A stretch of 63,836 bases of DNA, the filler included. It is 8 parts of 8 records of this genome, joined end to end, with 100 filler letters (N's around TTAATTAATTAA, not from the genome) between each part and the next. Parts side by side here need not be neighbours in the genome. Positions count along the whole stretch, not along the records: positions 9,190 to 14,973 come from SRR2962707_1327; positions 15,074 to 25,648 come from SRR2962707_1329; 6 more parts are not named here. One strand, given 5' to 3'. Positions 9,190 to 21,300 of the stretch are shown here, piece by piece. The translations under genes were made by a program, and so were the position numbers. Below the pieces are notes generated by a model. That model was given only the letters and a program-made list of their open reading frames with translations. It had not been told where the DNA came from and did no database searches. How positions within the stretch are numbered: position 1 is the first letter of the stretch; each line of letters begins with the position of its first letter.

Positions 9190-11568
9190 ACAACAACAAC
9201 AACAACAACCCGAAGAAGATGGCTCGCAACGCCCTTTGTACATGGTCAAGAGCACTTGCCGGGACCCTGACGCAGCGTCCTTCGCCCTCTCTTCTTCTTC
9301 TACTTCTGCTTCCTCTTCCTCTTCTTCAACTTCAAGCTCCACCGATGGTACCAGGGACAACGAACCCGCAGAGGGAGCAGCTGGCCGCGTGTATGAGGAG
9401 GCAGGGACTGTGGCGGTCATACAGCAGTACGAGGTAGCTGCTCCCGTCAAGTTCTTAACGTTCGGCCACGCGGTCATTGGCGCGCAGTATGTCTCCGAAG
9501 AGCACCGCGGTGAGTCTCGATGTGAATGATGGGCATGTGCCTGCGTGCGTGGGTGCGAATGCAGAAGCGTGAAGCGTGTGAAGCGCGAATCGTGTGCGAA
9601 TGGGTGTGGGAGCATGTTCTATGTGCGTGGATGCGTGTGCTTTTGAGTGTGCATGCGGGCGCGTGCGTGTGCGCGTACACGTGTGGGCAGCGTGGCACAG
9701 CGCAGCTACCGCTGCAGCGGTGCCAGCGGCGGAAGCGGTGCCAGCCAGCAAGACTAGAGCTGATGCTTTTGATTTACTGTGCGGTGCTGTTGGTGCTGTT
9801 GCGACTTATACTCTCCCGCTGTTGCCGCCGTCGCTGCTGGTGGTGGTGGTTGTGGTTTGTGCCGCGCTTGCTTTGACAGATCAAGCAGCCTTCACGGGAA
9901 TGGCTGTGATGCAAGCTGCTGCGCATTTGAAAGGTGAGTGTGCGCTCGCGGTTTGAATGGGTTTTGTTTGAGCACGATCAAGTTTGCATGTTGAACATGG
10001 TGTTGGTACTTGCATTGGCATTGGCATTGTGCTTTCAAAAGGACTTTGTCCCGCAGCAGAACGGCGGTCGCTGCACCTCGGGTTGGGTGCTGGAACTGTC
10101 CCCTCGTGAGTTTTTGATGACTTTGAAACAAGATGCGTGCCTGTGATGGCCTGTGCAGTGATTGTGGCGATTAATCAAAGCCGATTTGACATTTGCTACT
10201 CAACAATTGAATGAAGGTATTTTCATGGCCTAGGCATGCATGCTGACTCTGTCGAGCGCAGCGCCTGTGTCGTGCGCGAAGCGGAGAAGCACTTTCACTT
10301 CAATACTTGCATCAGCGCTGCACCGCGGCATCTGGAAAAAGCGCGAAAGAATCGCAACAGCGCAAATACGCAGCGCTGTGACTTGGGACGCACCTTAGTC
10401 GCTGACGCATTCGACTTACTGACTAGCAGCAAACCAGCCGACGCCGCAGCATACGACGTAGGATCCATTGCAATCATGCTGCTGCACCTGAGGAGAGTGG
10501 ATCCAATTGGCTCGTTTTCCTAAAAAAACCTTGACTGTGCGTTTTGGGTAGGTGATTGTCGCGGACGTGTTCATGGGTGAGAACATCGCCAGTTCGTACT
10601 CTGAAGACATATTTCGCCGCATTCGGGATAAATGGCTGCAACCCGGGTGCGTCGTGCTGTGGATTTTTTAAACGCAAATGCAGTTCCCCTGCCCCGCGAA
10701 AAGCTGCATCGGTGGTTTAGGATTCCGTGCCAATTTTTGTTGCTTTTTGTGAGCAGGTCACCAGGACACGGCAACGGCATTTTAGTGGCCAACGTAGTAG
10801 GGTACCTCCCTGCAGCCCGCAGCTCGGAAGCTGCAAGCAGCGTTGATTCTCCAATTTTTATTCGATCGGTGAAGGCGACTCTGGAGGCGGTGTTTGGACA
10901 AGGTTCAACGCGCTGTTTTCGTGACATGCCCCTCGATCTGCACCCAGACATGGTGCGTCAGATGTTGCACGTTTTCTTGAAGAAGAAGAATATTGTCCGT
11001 CGTGTCGTGAGTGTTGCTGACAGACGCATTCTGTTTGTGCTGAATTTGTGGTGAACAGCCTTCCAACATTGCTTGTTTTGCTCGAGCTGAGGGAGAAATC
11101 GGTTTCGACATCCCAGCGGCCTTCTTCTGGGACGCTCCGTTTTTGTCCTCTGACTACGTCATGGCGCATTTTCAGGAATGGGAAGTAATCGCAGATAGCA
11201 CGACCATCCAACCAGCAACTCCGCTTCTTGGGACGCCTGCGTTTTTCAAGGTATGCGTGTGTTGCTTCTTCCACAAACTGATGAATAGTGATTGGGACTC
11301 GTGGTTACACACGAAATTCGTGTTCAACTCCTACTTGCAAACACGCTCAGCTGGCAGGCAAGGAACTTGAGAGAACCAATGCCGCCATGAAGGTACGGCA
11401 AGGCAGTGTTTGATCCGTCAATGCATTTTTGGGGGTATTTTTTCGTGGAAGACATGCTCTTGATATGTCCGTTCAATCGTGAATGTTAGACCCATGCCAG
11501 CGACCTTATTCCGGATGTCATTTGGGAGGACGTTCAAGTGCATGTCAAACTTGTCAAGTTTCGGACGG
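9190..11568 (+). CDS. Eukaryotic multi-exon spermidine-synthase-like / class I SAM-dependent methyltransferase (5' truncated, 3' end uncertain)
   Basis: Hand-spliced exons give FLTFGHAVIGAQY, RSLHLGLGAGTVPSYF (motif I), DSVERSACVVREAEKHFHF, TLVADAFDLL, YDVIVADVFMG, KWLQPG, GILVANVVG, ATLEAVF, PSNIACFA. GT-AG introns. Confidence 0.75.
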
Positions 11569-12248
11569 TGAGCTAGCTGAGTGGCACTTTCAGCACCATA
11601 ATCCACACTCGTATTGCTGCTCACCTGATTGTATCTCACAGATGAGGTAATGATTTGTTGGCGGGCAGTTCATGTTCGTGTCTGCGGTGGTGTTGCTGGC
11701 TGCGGCTCTCGTGGCGGGCACCGTTCTGGTACGCACTTTGACTGGTCACATGTATGTCCCCCCAATGTTCGCATTTTGCGAAACCTAACTTTCGCCGCTG
11801 CATGTCTTGCTCTTCTTGTATGTACGTGCCTTAGGTGTGCAAGAACTGGCTCGCGGTACGTTGCGTTGCACAGCGCACCAACAACGAAAAAATCACTCTT
11901 ACGCTTAGTATTCAATGTCACAAGCCTTACCATTCTTCATTTTTGTTACTGCAGGGACGCCATCGTCATCAGCTTCAGGTAGGCAAAACCGCTAGCAATT
12001 CTGAGCCGCGGGCAAGTCCGAGAAAATCGAAAAAAAGGAAGAAAAAAAATAAAGAAAAGACCAAATAGTTCAACGAACGAAAACCGCAGTTGCCAGCTGG
12101 CTTGCTGTGCACCGCCCGCTTCCGAGAAGCGTAAAATTATGGTACATGAGAGTAATTATTCAAAAAGTTTGGCGTTGACGCTGTGTTTGGTGCAACATGG
12201 AAAGTGGCAATGTGGCCCCCTCGTTAATCCGCGAGATGCAAAATCCCA

Positions 12249-14709
12249 TCATTCGCCTTCTGCTTCGTCCCCTAAAAGTGGCTCTCGCAAAGCGTACTGA
12301 CCAGGAGCCGCTTGTTGCTTGACAACTCTAGCAGGCCCTTCGTGTGTTCCTTGCGTTTTGCCTACCGCACGCTTTTCACCGCGAATAACTTCTTCAGTTG
12401 AGCTGGGCGAGTCGCTCGTCCCGAACACAGCCGAATTCTCGTCACCATGTGCGGCATCTGTGTCGCTTGGTTGCTTATCAAAGCTTACAGGAACCAACGG
12501 GATCAGGAACCACAGCAACGACGCGCCGAGAAACTGAAGGGCTGCAGTAATGAAAAACGTGTATCCGTACCTGTGTCATCGATGCAAGCGCATTGGCCCA
12601 CGCATTTCAACTTTCTTGCGCGGGGTATCCACAGCAGCCAGAAGAATAAATTAGAATGGCATCTGCGTGTTTCAAGGGCAAGTGCCACGCACTGTTCGTC
12701 AGACGTTCCGCCTGTGGATCCCGCTGGGCATGTAATGGCGGGCTTCAAATCGACGAGAAATCCGCCAAGCCTAACCACGCACGCACGCACGCGGCGATCA
12801 GTGCTGCAACAGCTGTGAAAACCGCACAGAACACAAGGTGCATGCTTTCGCTCGATCGCTCACAAACCAAGCGCTGCCACTCCATCCAAATCGAGTAATG
12901 CTGTCCATGCCATTCCACACCCCGCGCTTTTTCTTTGGAATGTAATCCATCATTACAGACTTGCGCAACGGGTACGAACAGTTCATGAGTGCCGTGCGAG
13001 CCTGTGCACATAAACGTGTGGGTATGTCAAACAGGTCCCCAAACCAAGCTTACTATACGCAGGCAGCATGCGCGATACACTCACGATAAAAATGGGGATG
13101 ACCAGCCCGCTAGAAGAAAGCCCTCGGCAGTAAATCCAGTCGTCCAGAGCAGCCATTGCCACAAGAAAAAGAAGCCCTGTGTTGAGACAAAGCAACGCAG
13201 TCTGCACCCGCCCAAAGCGGATGGACAGCCACTGGGCAGCTTTTGCAAAGACAGCAACGGACAGAAATCCGCCAACTAACACTCCTGTATCCACAACATG
13301 CAAACAATTGTTGCGATTAGCCTCAAAATTATGTCACTTTCGGCTTCAGGGCTGATAAAGCATCAGCCAAGTCAAGTCACGAACACAATCAGGACAAAAT
13401 AAACGCAATCGTCAAAATCATCGCCACGGACCATTCACAGAAGAGGGACTCAACTCGACCTCGTTCTTGAAGAAGAGAGGGAAAAATTTGATGGTCATGC
13501 CGCTGCCCAAGCCAATAATAATATCAGAAGCCAGGATCACCCACGGGATGTGCTTGGTGGATCGAACACAAAGGCAGCCGCGCACTTTGTTTTTCGTCTC
13601 AGCGCCTTCCCCTGCCAATGTCACCAACTCTCCGTGTTCTGTGAGCGTTCTCGAGTCGTCGGATCGCCGGGAATTGTCCGCAGTCTCCACGTCGTCATTT
13701 GACGATTTTCTCCCGGCGCCTGGTGCACGACTGGCGTCAGTGGTGCCAGCAGGATCATTGTTTCCTTGCTCCGTCACGGCGTCGCTTTCTGTTCCTAAGC
13801 TCCGGAAGTCCCGAGGGCCCAGCAACAATAAAATCGGTGGGATTGTCATGGCCATTCCAACGAGATACCTGCCGATTCAAGAACACCGTCCACACTCACA
13901 CGCGTGATTTTCGACACAAGCAAGCAAGCATCAATCACCAAGGTGCGCTTTGCCATGGCTCACACCCACGCGCACACGCACACGCTGGTGAGCTGTCGCA
14001 TTCCCCAGTTATCGCCCCAAATTTGAAAAAGCACAATGGCAAGGATGGGGCCACCCGTCGAGGACGTCAACTGAGCCATCGTCAGGTAAACTTGGTACCT
14101 ACATACAACCATATATATGTGCATCCAGTGGGCGACATTGGACATTGAGCCAGTCGTTTGTTAACACGCACAGCGAGTTTTGAAACTCGTGAGATCGGAA
14201 AACGTTGGCAAGCAAACTCGCAGACGCAGCGAGCCGATATCCTGATTTGGGCCCCGAACCACACCACACATTTTCTTACTTGGGTCTATCCTCAGTTGAT
14301 ACAGAGTCAGCGTAAATGCTATTCAAAGGCCCAGAAAACATTCCCTGGTTTGCGGCAAGGAAGAAGTTGATTTATTAGCAGCGCCCAGCATTTCAGAGAG
14401 CCTGCAATCTCTGATTGACAAGACAGTGTGTTACAGCGCCAACGCTCGCTCTGAGAACATGCAGTGAATGAAATCAAACCTGATACGCTCCAAAAAAACC
14501 CAAGCTCACGCAGATCATCTCGTAGCGGTGGTCATCGAGCCACAGCACGTCCGAATTGAGCGTCAAAGCAATGGACGACAGCGCCACTGCAACGAGCCCA
14601 ACGACCACCGCCAGGAACAGAGCCTGCTGCCGGCTGCATCGATCTGCGATCTGCCCCGCAGGAATTGCAGTCGCGACGTTTGCAATGCCCTGAATAGCTT
14701 CAGCCAGCC
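12249..14709 (-). CDS. Eukaryotic multi-exon MFS transporter (5' truncated)
   Basis: IPAGQIADRCSRQ (motif A), GLGSGMTIKFFPLFF, LSIRFGRVQT, MNCSYPLRKSVMMDYIPKKKRGVWN, FGWSGSA, GGFLVD; C-terminal EPLL motif. Confidence 0.85.
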
Positions 14710-14973
14710 CTGGCAAAGACAAAACGAATATTTCAAAATGCACAGTCGCATACACGCCCGCACGCGTACAAATTCGCGTCCGAATGTGTTTTCATATGCA
14801 CACACGCATGCGCCCGTACATACACACGCACAAAGACACAAACACAGCGAAGTGACTTGACCATGGACGCGGAAAAGCAACATTGTGTTAATGCAGAGAA
14901 CTGCAACAAACAGCAACCACCCGCCAACAAAAACGACAACAACAACAACAGGCACAGGAACAACAGGCACAGG

Positions 14974-15073
14974 NNNNNNNNNNNNNNNNNNNNNNNNNNN
15001 NNNNNNNNNNNNNNNNNTTAATTAATTAANNNNNNNNNNNNNNNNNNNNNNNNNNNNNNNNNNNNNNNNNNNN
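14974..15073. other. Artificial contig spacer
   Basis: N44-TTAATTAATTAA-N44. Confidence 0.98.
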
Positions 15074-15338
15074 GGGAAAAAAAAAAAAAAAACGCCAACA
15101 ACCCAAAACAAAGCAGGAGTGGTGGAATTGTTGGCAGCTGATTGCTACACCTGTTGACGATAACCTGGTGGTGCGGCCGCCCGGTAGCTGTGTTGGGCCT
15201 CCTCGAGGCTGCAAGAGCTAGACCGCCCACACAGTCCCACACCTGCGGGACGAAGTATCGTAGGTCCAAGCTGGGCGGAAGCAAGCAGGACTACTTGTTG
15301 CACCAGCACCACACGCACTACTATCACCAACAGCAGCA

Positions 15339-18300
15339 GTGCCTCAACTCAGAAGGCCTTTTGCTCAAATGGATCATGTGCCACATTCCTCGGTACCCAA
15401 GGTGCCGATTAAGGCTTCGGCGGGGGATGACGCTAGTGCCAAACCGACGGGGGCGAACCCTCGGAAGCGGCCATTGAGCGGGCACGCGACTTCCCCTCGG
15501 CGATCCATCAAACATGCTGCGGCATCGACAACGGCTGATGTAGCGGCCGCTCCGAAGGTCCCGCGCATTGAAGCAGGGCAACGCGCAGCCGCCAATAGCA
15601 CCGGCAGCACCAGCTTCAGCACCAGTGGCAGCTCCGGCTCCAGTTCCAGCGCCTCTGCCAACGCCAATGCCCAGGCTCATAGCACAATGAAATTGGCCGT
15701 TGTGTCTTCCAGTCCCGACAGTCTTGATGCCCAGCAAGATCCCCGGGTCCTAAATGGTTCCGGAGTCGAAAAAAGCGTCCACGGCCCCACTGCGGTTGGT
15801 CCAGAACACCGGAGTGACCTGGTTCCCAAAGCTCCAGAAAATCTCGACGGTGTTCACAGTGACGACGATGGCAATTCTTTTGCCGGCGTCATCGCGAGCA
15901 ATGCAGCCAAAGAACGGGCAGGCACTGCCATTGCCGAAGCCGCCGGCAATGTCAGTGCTGCTCTCACTGGCAGCGTTGGAAAAAAATTGGATCGGCCAAG
16001 CGATGCACCTAGCGACGGAGCTGCCAAGAGGGCCGAAGTAAAACTTGGTCAGCACAATGAAGCAGGGGACGGCAAGGAAGTTGAAAACAACAACTCTTTC
16101 AATAGCGAGAATAGTGAGGATGGAGTCAATGACGGTGACACCAGTGAGGATGGGGTTGACGATGACGATGACGATAGCGACGACGATAACGGCGACGGCG
16201 ACGGCGACTGCGACGGCGACGAACACAGCAGCCAAAGCAACGACCAAAGAGAGTCAACGATCAAAAGAGCTTATGCGGAAGACCGAAGTGCGACACGAAA
16301 ACAACGAAAGGATAACGAACCGCGCACCAAGCGCCAGCCAACCGCTGCGACCAGGAATGTCATGCACGTTGGTGAGAGCGGTGCTCTGTCAGCGTGGGCG
16401 AAGGTTGAACTCCCGTTCAACAGGGGGCCACACGCTGGGAAATTGGCCTTCAAGGTCAACAAGGTTGGCAATTTGACTTCGCCCGCCACTGGGCTGCACG
16501 CAGCCCCGCTTGTTGTCAGCGATTTCAGCCCCTCGAAGTTGTGGTTGGGAAATCGCCCCCGGAAAAGACTTTCCGCGGCGGAGCAATGTAGTGGTGATAT
16601 TGACGACGACGACGACGACGATGATGTTGATGTTGATGTTGATGACGACGACGACGACGAGGATGATGGCGATGGTGATGGTGGTGGTGATGATCATGTC
16701 CTTGAAAACGTTTCCAACAACCCTGGCACTCAGGACTCCACCAATCCCTCTGCTGCAGTCCGAGCAGCCTGCCCGGTACAATCTTCGGAGGCTAACACGA
16801 CAGCTGACTGTTCCACGAATATTGGATTGGAGAAGGAACACTCCAGGAAGTCATCTGCAAGTACACGTCGACGGAGTCCTGCAAGACGTCCACCTGCCAG
16901 CGCGCAGGCGGCTCACAAGAGGACCCGAATTATGCCCGAAGGCGCTGGCTCGAAACGGCGGCACGCCCGAGGCGCCGCGAACTCTGGCAGTCCGCTTTCC
17001 ATTTCGCCACACGATTTCCTTGCTGAATTGCGGCTCCCTCCCATGAAACAGCTGGCCAACGCAAAGCTTGTTTTCTTTGACAATGTCGCTCAAATGTGGA
17101 GAATTAACGCACGTGCTAGAATCGCACCGCAGCCACATGACGACAACGATCAACACCAAACACCGCCGACCCGGACCTTGCGCGAAGGAAGCAGGCATGT
17201 TCCTGGCAACAGCATGATACACCTCGGCAATTTTATGTCCAAGAAGGACGCACTTGTCATGTTGGCAGGGTTCAAATTCTTTCAGCGACGCAGCCCAAGG
17301 GCTTCAGGCGCGATTGCACCCCGCTCGTCCGCCGCTGCTATGTTAGAAGCGTCATCTGTAGGAGCTGAGACCGGCCACCCGGCTGCCAGCGCGACCCCTG
17401 CTTCGTTGAATCAGGGCATATTGAACGTGGCCACTGCGGTGAGCGCGCTTGCAGCAACCAGCGATGATAAAGTTGGCGCATTCGGGCAACAGCAGGTTGT
17501 TATCCACAAGTCTACCTCTGCAAAGGCAGGTGAAACTGTGCACGTGACTGACCAGCGACAAACCAACGCAACTGCGACTAGTGCCTCCCAGCGTTCTGTG
17601 ACTTCCTTGTTAGATGGACCGGGACAACTGCGACTGCCCGAGGACACGTTCGTCAAGTTTTCGTGGGGAAATGGCGTCGGATACGTTGGCCGCCTTGTCG
17701 AGTCGTCCTTGAACGCAGGCCTCGATGCAAGCCAGTCGCCACCATCGTATTATCATGAGGACAAACTTCGGCGGGCGCATTCCAGCTTTGGCTTGCATCG
17801 ATCGTGGTTCCGAACGATCGAGTTTGCACCGGAAGTCCGTGTTTGTTTGCTCATCTGCCATCCAGCTCACTTGTGTTTTCTGTTGCGCCCTGCACTCCGG
17901 GTTCTTACCATCCTTGTTTCTGAACGCTTTGTTTTGCAATTAGGTTCTCGTTAATGTTCTCATGCGGCCCCACGACCAGCACTTTACGTGGGAATCTACT
18001 CAGTGGCCTCATCCACCGTCAGCGTTTCACATTCGCGCGTTCCGCAGTTGGCCCGCAAGCTTGCGCAACCTTCTCTTGAATAGCTGCCGCTGCGACAGTC
18101 ACAAATTGCGCCGAGCGTGCACATGTGGCGCTGTATGCCTTGAAGCCACCCGTGTCAAAGCAGAGCTGCTGCAACAAGAATGTGATCAGCTTCAACAAGC
18201 GGTACATGGGTCCCCCGCAGTGCGGCGATCAATGCGCGGCAGTCGAAATGGAACCAGTCGAGGTGGAGCACATTTGTCAGACTTCGATATCCTGAGTGCC

Positions 18301-21300
18301 ATCGTGACCACCCTCGAAGCTGCGTCGGAAAAGCACGGGGATCACTTGCGGCTCGAGGTGCTCGACTTGTCGGGGCTGTTTGTGCAAACGGCTGAGCCAA
18401 GCGGAGAGAGTGACAAGCGAAGTGCTGGTGACGCTGGGAAAGAAGTTTCTGGTGCCATGACCCCTCCCAATCACACTGATCGCGAGGGCGACCAGTCCGC
18501 GCAGCACTCTACTACTACCGACTCCGGGAAGGGGGAGGCAGATCAAGATCAAGCGACTGTGAACGGCGCGGAAGAATCTCCCTCTCTCGCTGCAACGCGC
18601 CCGCGAAGACGTGCTGCTGCTGTCGCCATGCACCTTCCCTCCAAGCACGGGCTCACATGGCTAGAAAGACTTGGGACTGTGCTACGTCGCACGCACGTGT
18701 GGTAGGTGCTTTGTTCTTTTCGCATTTCCTTCGTCCAGCGATTCCGTGTGGCATGTGGCTGTGCGTGTGCTCTCGCTGGTGCAGTCTCATGACTGTAAAC
18801 GCTGGCTTCACACGTTTGGTGTGGAGGCGTTCAGAGTTTTCTGTGTTTGTTGGACTGGGTGCTGGCACTCTGTTTGCAGGCACTTAAACATGCGAAATTT
18901 GGACTCTGCGCCTGCAAATATTCGAGCTGCTTCTCCAGAAGCGTGGGTGCAATACGCACTGTTGCTCATCAGCGGACACGTCACCGAGCTTCTCGTGCCT
19001 GACGAGGAGGCAGTCAGCATTGCCCGTGCGCTGTACGGTGTTGCATCCTGCTACAAAGAAGCTCAGGTCGACACGCTGCTTACAAATGGCGAATTATCTC
19101 CGCGTGCGCCACAATGGTCCAACGCCGTAGCGCGGCAGTGCACCGATGCAATGGCTGCAGCAGTGGCCGACGACACGCCAGTATCCGCTCTGACTGAGAA
19201 AGTAGCAAACTTTATCAAAGAGCCCTTCAAAGCCAACCACTTTTCCATGCATTTCTTTGCGCGGCAGGAAACTGTTATTTGCAGCGAACGCACTGCTGCA
19301 GCCGAAGCAAAAGCAAAAACAATAGCGAGACAGGCGGGGCTTGGCCGCTCTCCGAAAAAAGTTGACCAACCGCTAGAGAAGACTGCACCCAACGTGGCAC
19401 TTGTTTCTGCCCAAACGCAGGTCGCACCGACCCGTCTCAGCGAATCATCAGCGGTATTGTCGACGCCAACATCCACACATGCATCTGCTGCTGACAATGC
19501 TGCAATTGCTGCCGTCACTGCCGCAGTTCAAAGCGCATCAGGCCATGCCAATTCGTGTGCGGTAGCGAGTGAAGGTGCGTTGCCGGGCTCTACCAGTGCC
19601 CTATCTGTCACTGCCCTCCACCAGCAAGTGATTGGGGCACGTTCTCGCGTGCAGCAACTTATCAACAAGCGAAAGCGCATGCTGCGTGATGGGACCTTTA
19701 AAGCGCAAGTGGTCAAGCAAAGCGATTTGGCATCAACTGCACTTGCCGACGTGGATTCGGAGGATAGCGACACGGAGCCAACGACAACCAAGGGCACCAG
19801 TTCAGCCTCCTCAGTCACCACTGCCGCTGGCTCCACTGCCAGTCGCACTGGGACATATCCTGAAGATGCAAATGGTTTGAGTGACAAAGCCGATTCATCG
19901 CAAGATTGCGCAACAGGTCCCGATGTCGATACAGTTCCGCGGAACAACAGCGATGGCAGGCTGGCACAAGAGTTGATTAAGGTGGCAGCGAAAAGAAACC
20001 GGCTGCTCAACTTGTCACACTGCATGAGATCGCATCTGCCTGCAATTTTGGGGACCATGGAAGCAGGGATAAATCCCAATTCCGAAACGCTTTGTATTGA
20101 AAACATCAACCAGAGCAATCCGACGTCAGTGAAGCAACTTGAAAGCCATTTCAATCTGCTTCACCTCCTTCTTCGGAAGGACACTTCGGTGAAGCGAGTT
20201 TTATTTTCTCACTACATCCGGGGAGCAGATAAAGCAAGGCGCAGCCGGGGAAAGAGCAAAGCTTCGACCAGCAGAAGGGGACAACGTGTCGAAGGAGTAC
20301 CCGATGTGGAATGGGTGAAAGATCGCATTGGACGACTGTTCATTATGACGCCAACCCAACGATGCGCTGCGCGAAAGGCTCTACGAGCGCTTTATGATAA
20401 GCTTGAGAGCATGGGCGCTCTTCCACAGTGCCCGTTGATCTCGGATCGTTCTGATCGCGCAGGTTTGGTCACGAAATCGGGGCGCCAAAAGCCAGGACAC
20501 AACGACGAAGATGGTTCCGATGATGATGAAGACTCACGAAGCGCATGTCCTCAGGCTTGTTGTGCTTGGGGAAAATTTGTGTGGTTTCTAAATTTGGCTT
20601 TTTTTGCTAGCTGTTGCCCTTTTGCCTCGTTTCTGACCACGATTTTGTGTCTGAATTTACTGTGACTGGTTGCGATGGTACTCCTCGTGCAGTGCCGGGC
20701 CTTAGATGCGGACGCCGCCCTATTTGAAGAATGCGGTGCCAGTTCGAGCCAGAAGCGTTTGGTAGAGCAGTTTGCAGATGACCATGTTCACAATTTTTTC
20801 GGCGCCCAGAACAGCATTTTGGAAGACACGAAAGCGCTCGCGTTGTTGTGCCTGGGCCGTGGCTGCCGCAAAATCGGAATACTTCCCCCGATTCCAAGTC
20901 ACTGTCCTGGGTCCATCAACGACTTTGTGAAAGGAGGTGCGAGAAATGGACAGCATCAGAGCCGGCGCAACCGCAACGGGAAGCTCGGCAAGACGCGCAA
21001 GCACGTGCCCATGGATCACGTGCACATTGGAGTTGTGCAGCAGAATGATGCGGTAAAGACGAATAAAAGTCATCGCAAGAAGCCCGGCGCCACGGCTTCC
21101 TCTGCGAGTGCCGAGCCTAAAGAGCCGGACCGCTTCCTTGTCAAGTTCCGCTGGCCGTTTACCAGCAAAAAACCGAACGCTGGCCTGAAGAAGTCTTCTC
21201 ACAACTTTGCCACAGCATGGCGAAGGCTCCCTGAACGATTTTCATCGCCTGAGCAAGCCGCCAGAGCTTATGACCGAATCGTTCGTGCACTTTTCGGAAA

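Noticed and set aside
8850-9300. Horizontal transfer of bacterial trp/pha genes into the eukaryote
   Set aside because: Adjacency arises only through a spacer, and trpB is cut mid-gene at the contig end.
9759-10421. ADAFDLL encoded twice with synonymous differences (intron 9759-9779 and exon 10401-10421)
   Set aside because: Only 7 codons with no flanking similarity; compatible with chance, and no support for exon duplication.
16120-16700. GAC/GAT trinucleotide tracts as a repeat array
   Set aside because: They encode in-frame poly-Asp low-complexity segments.
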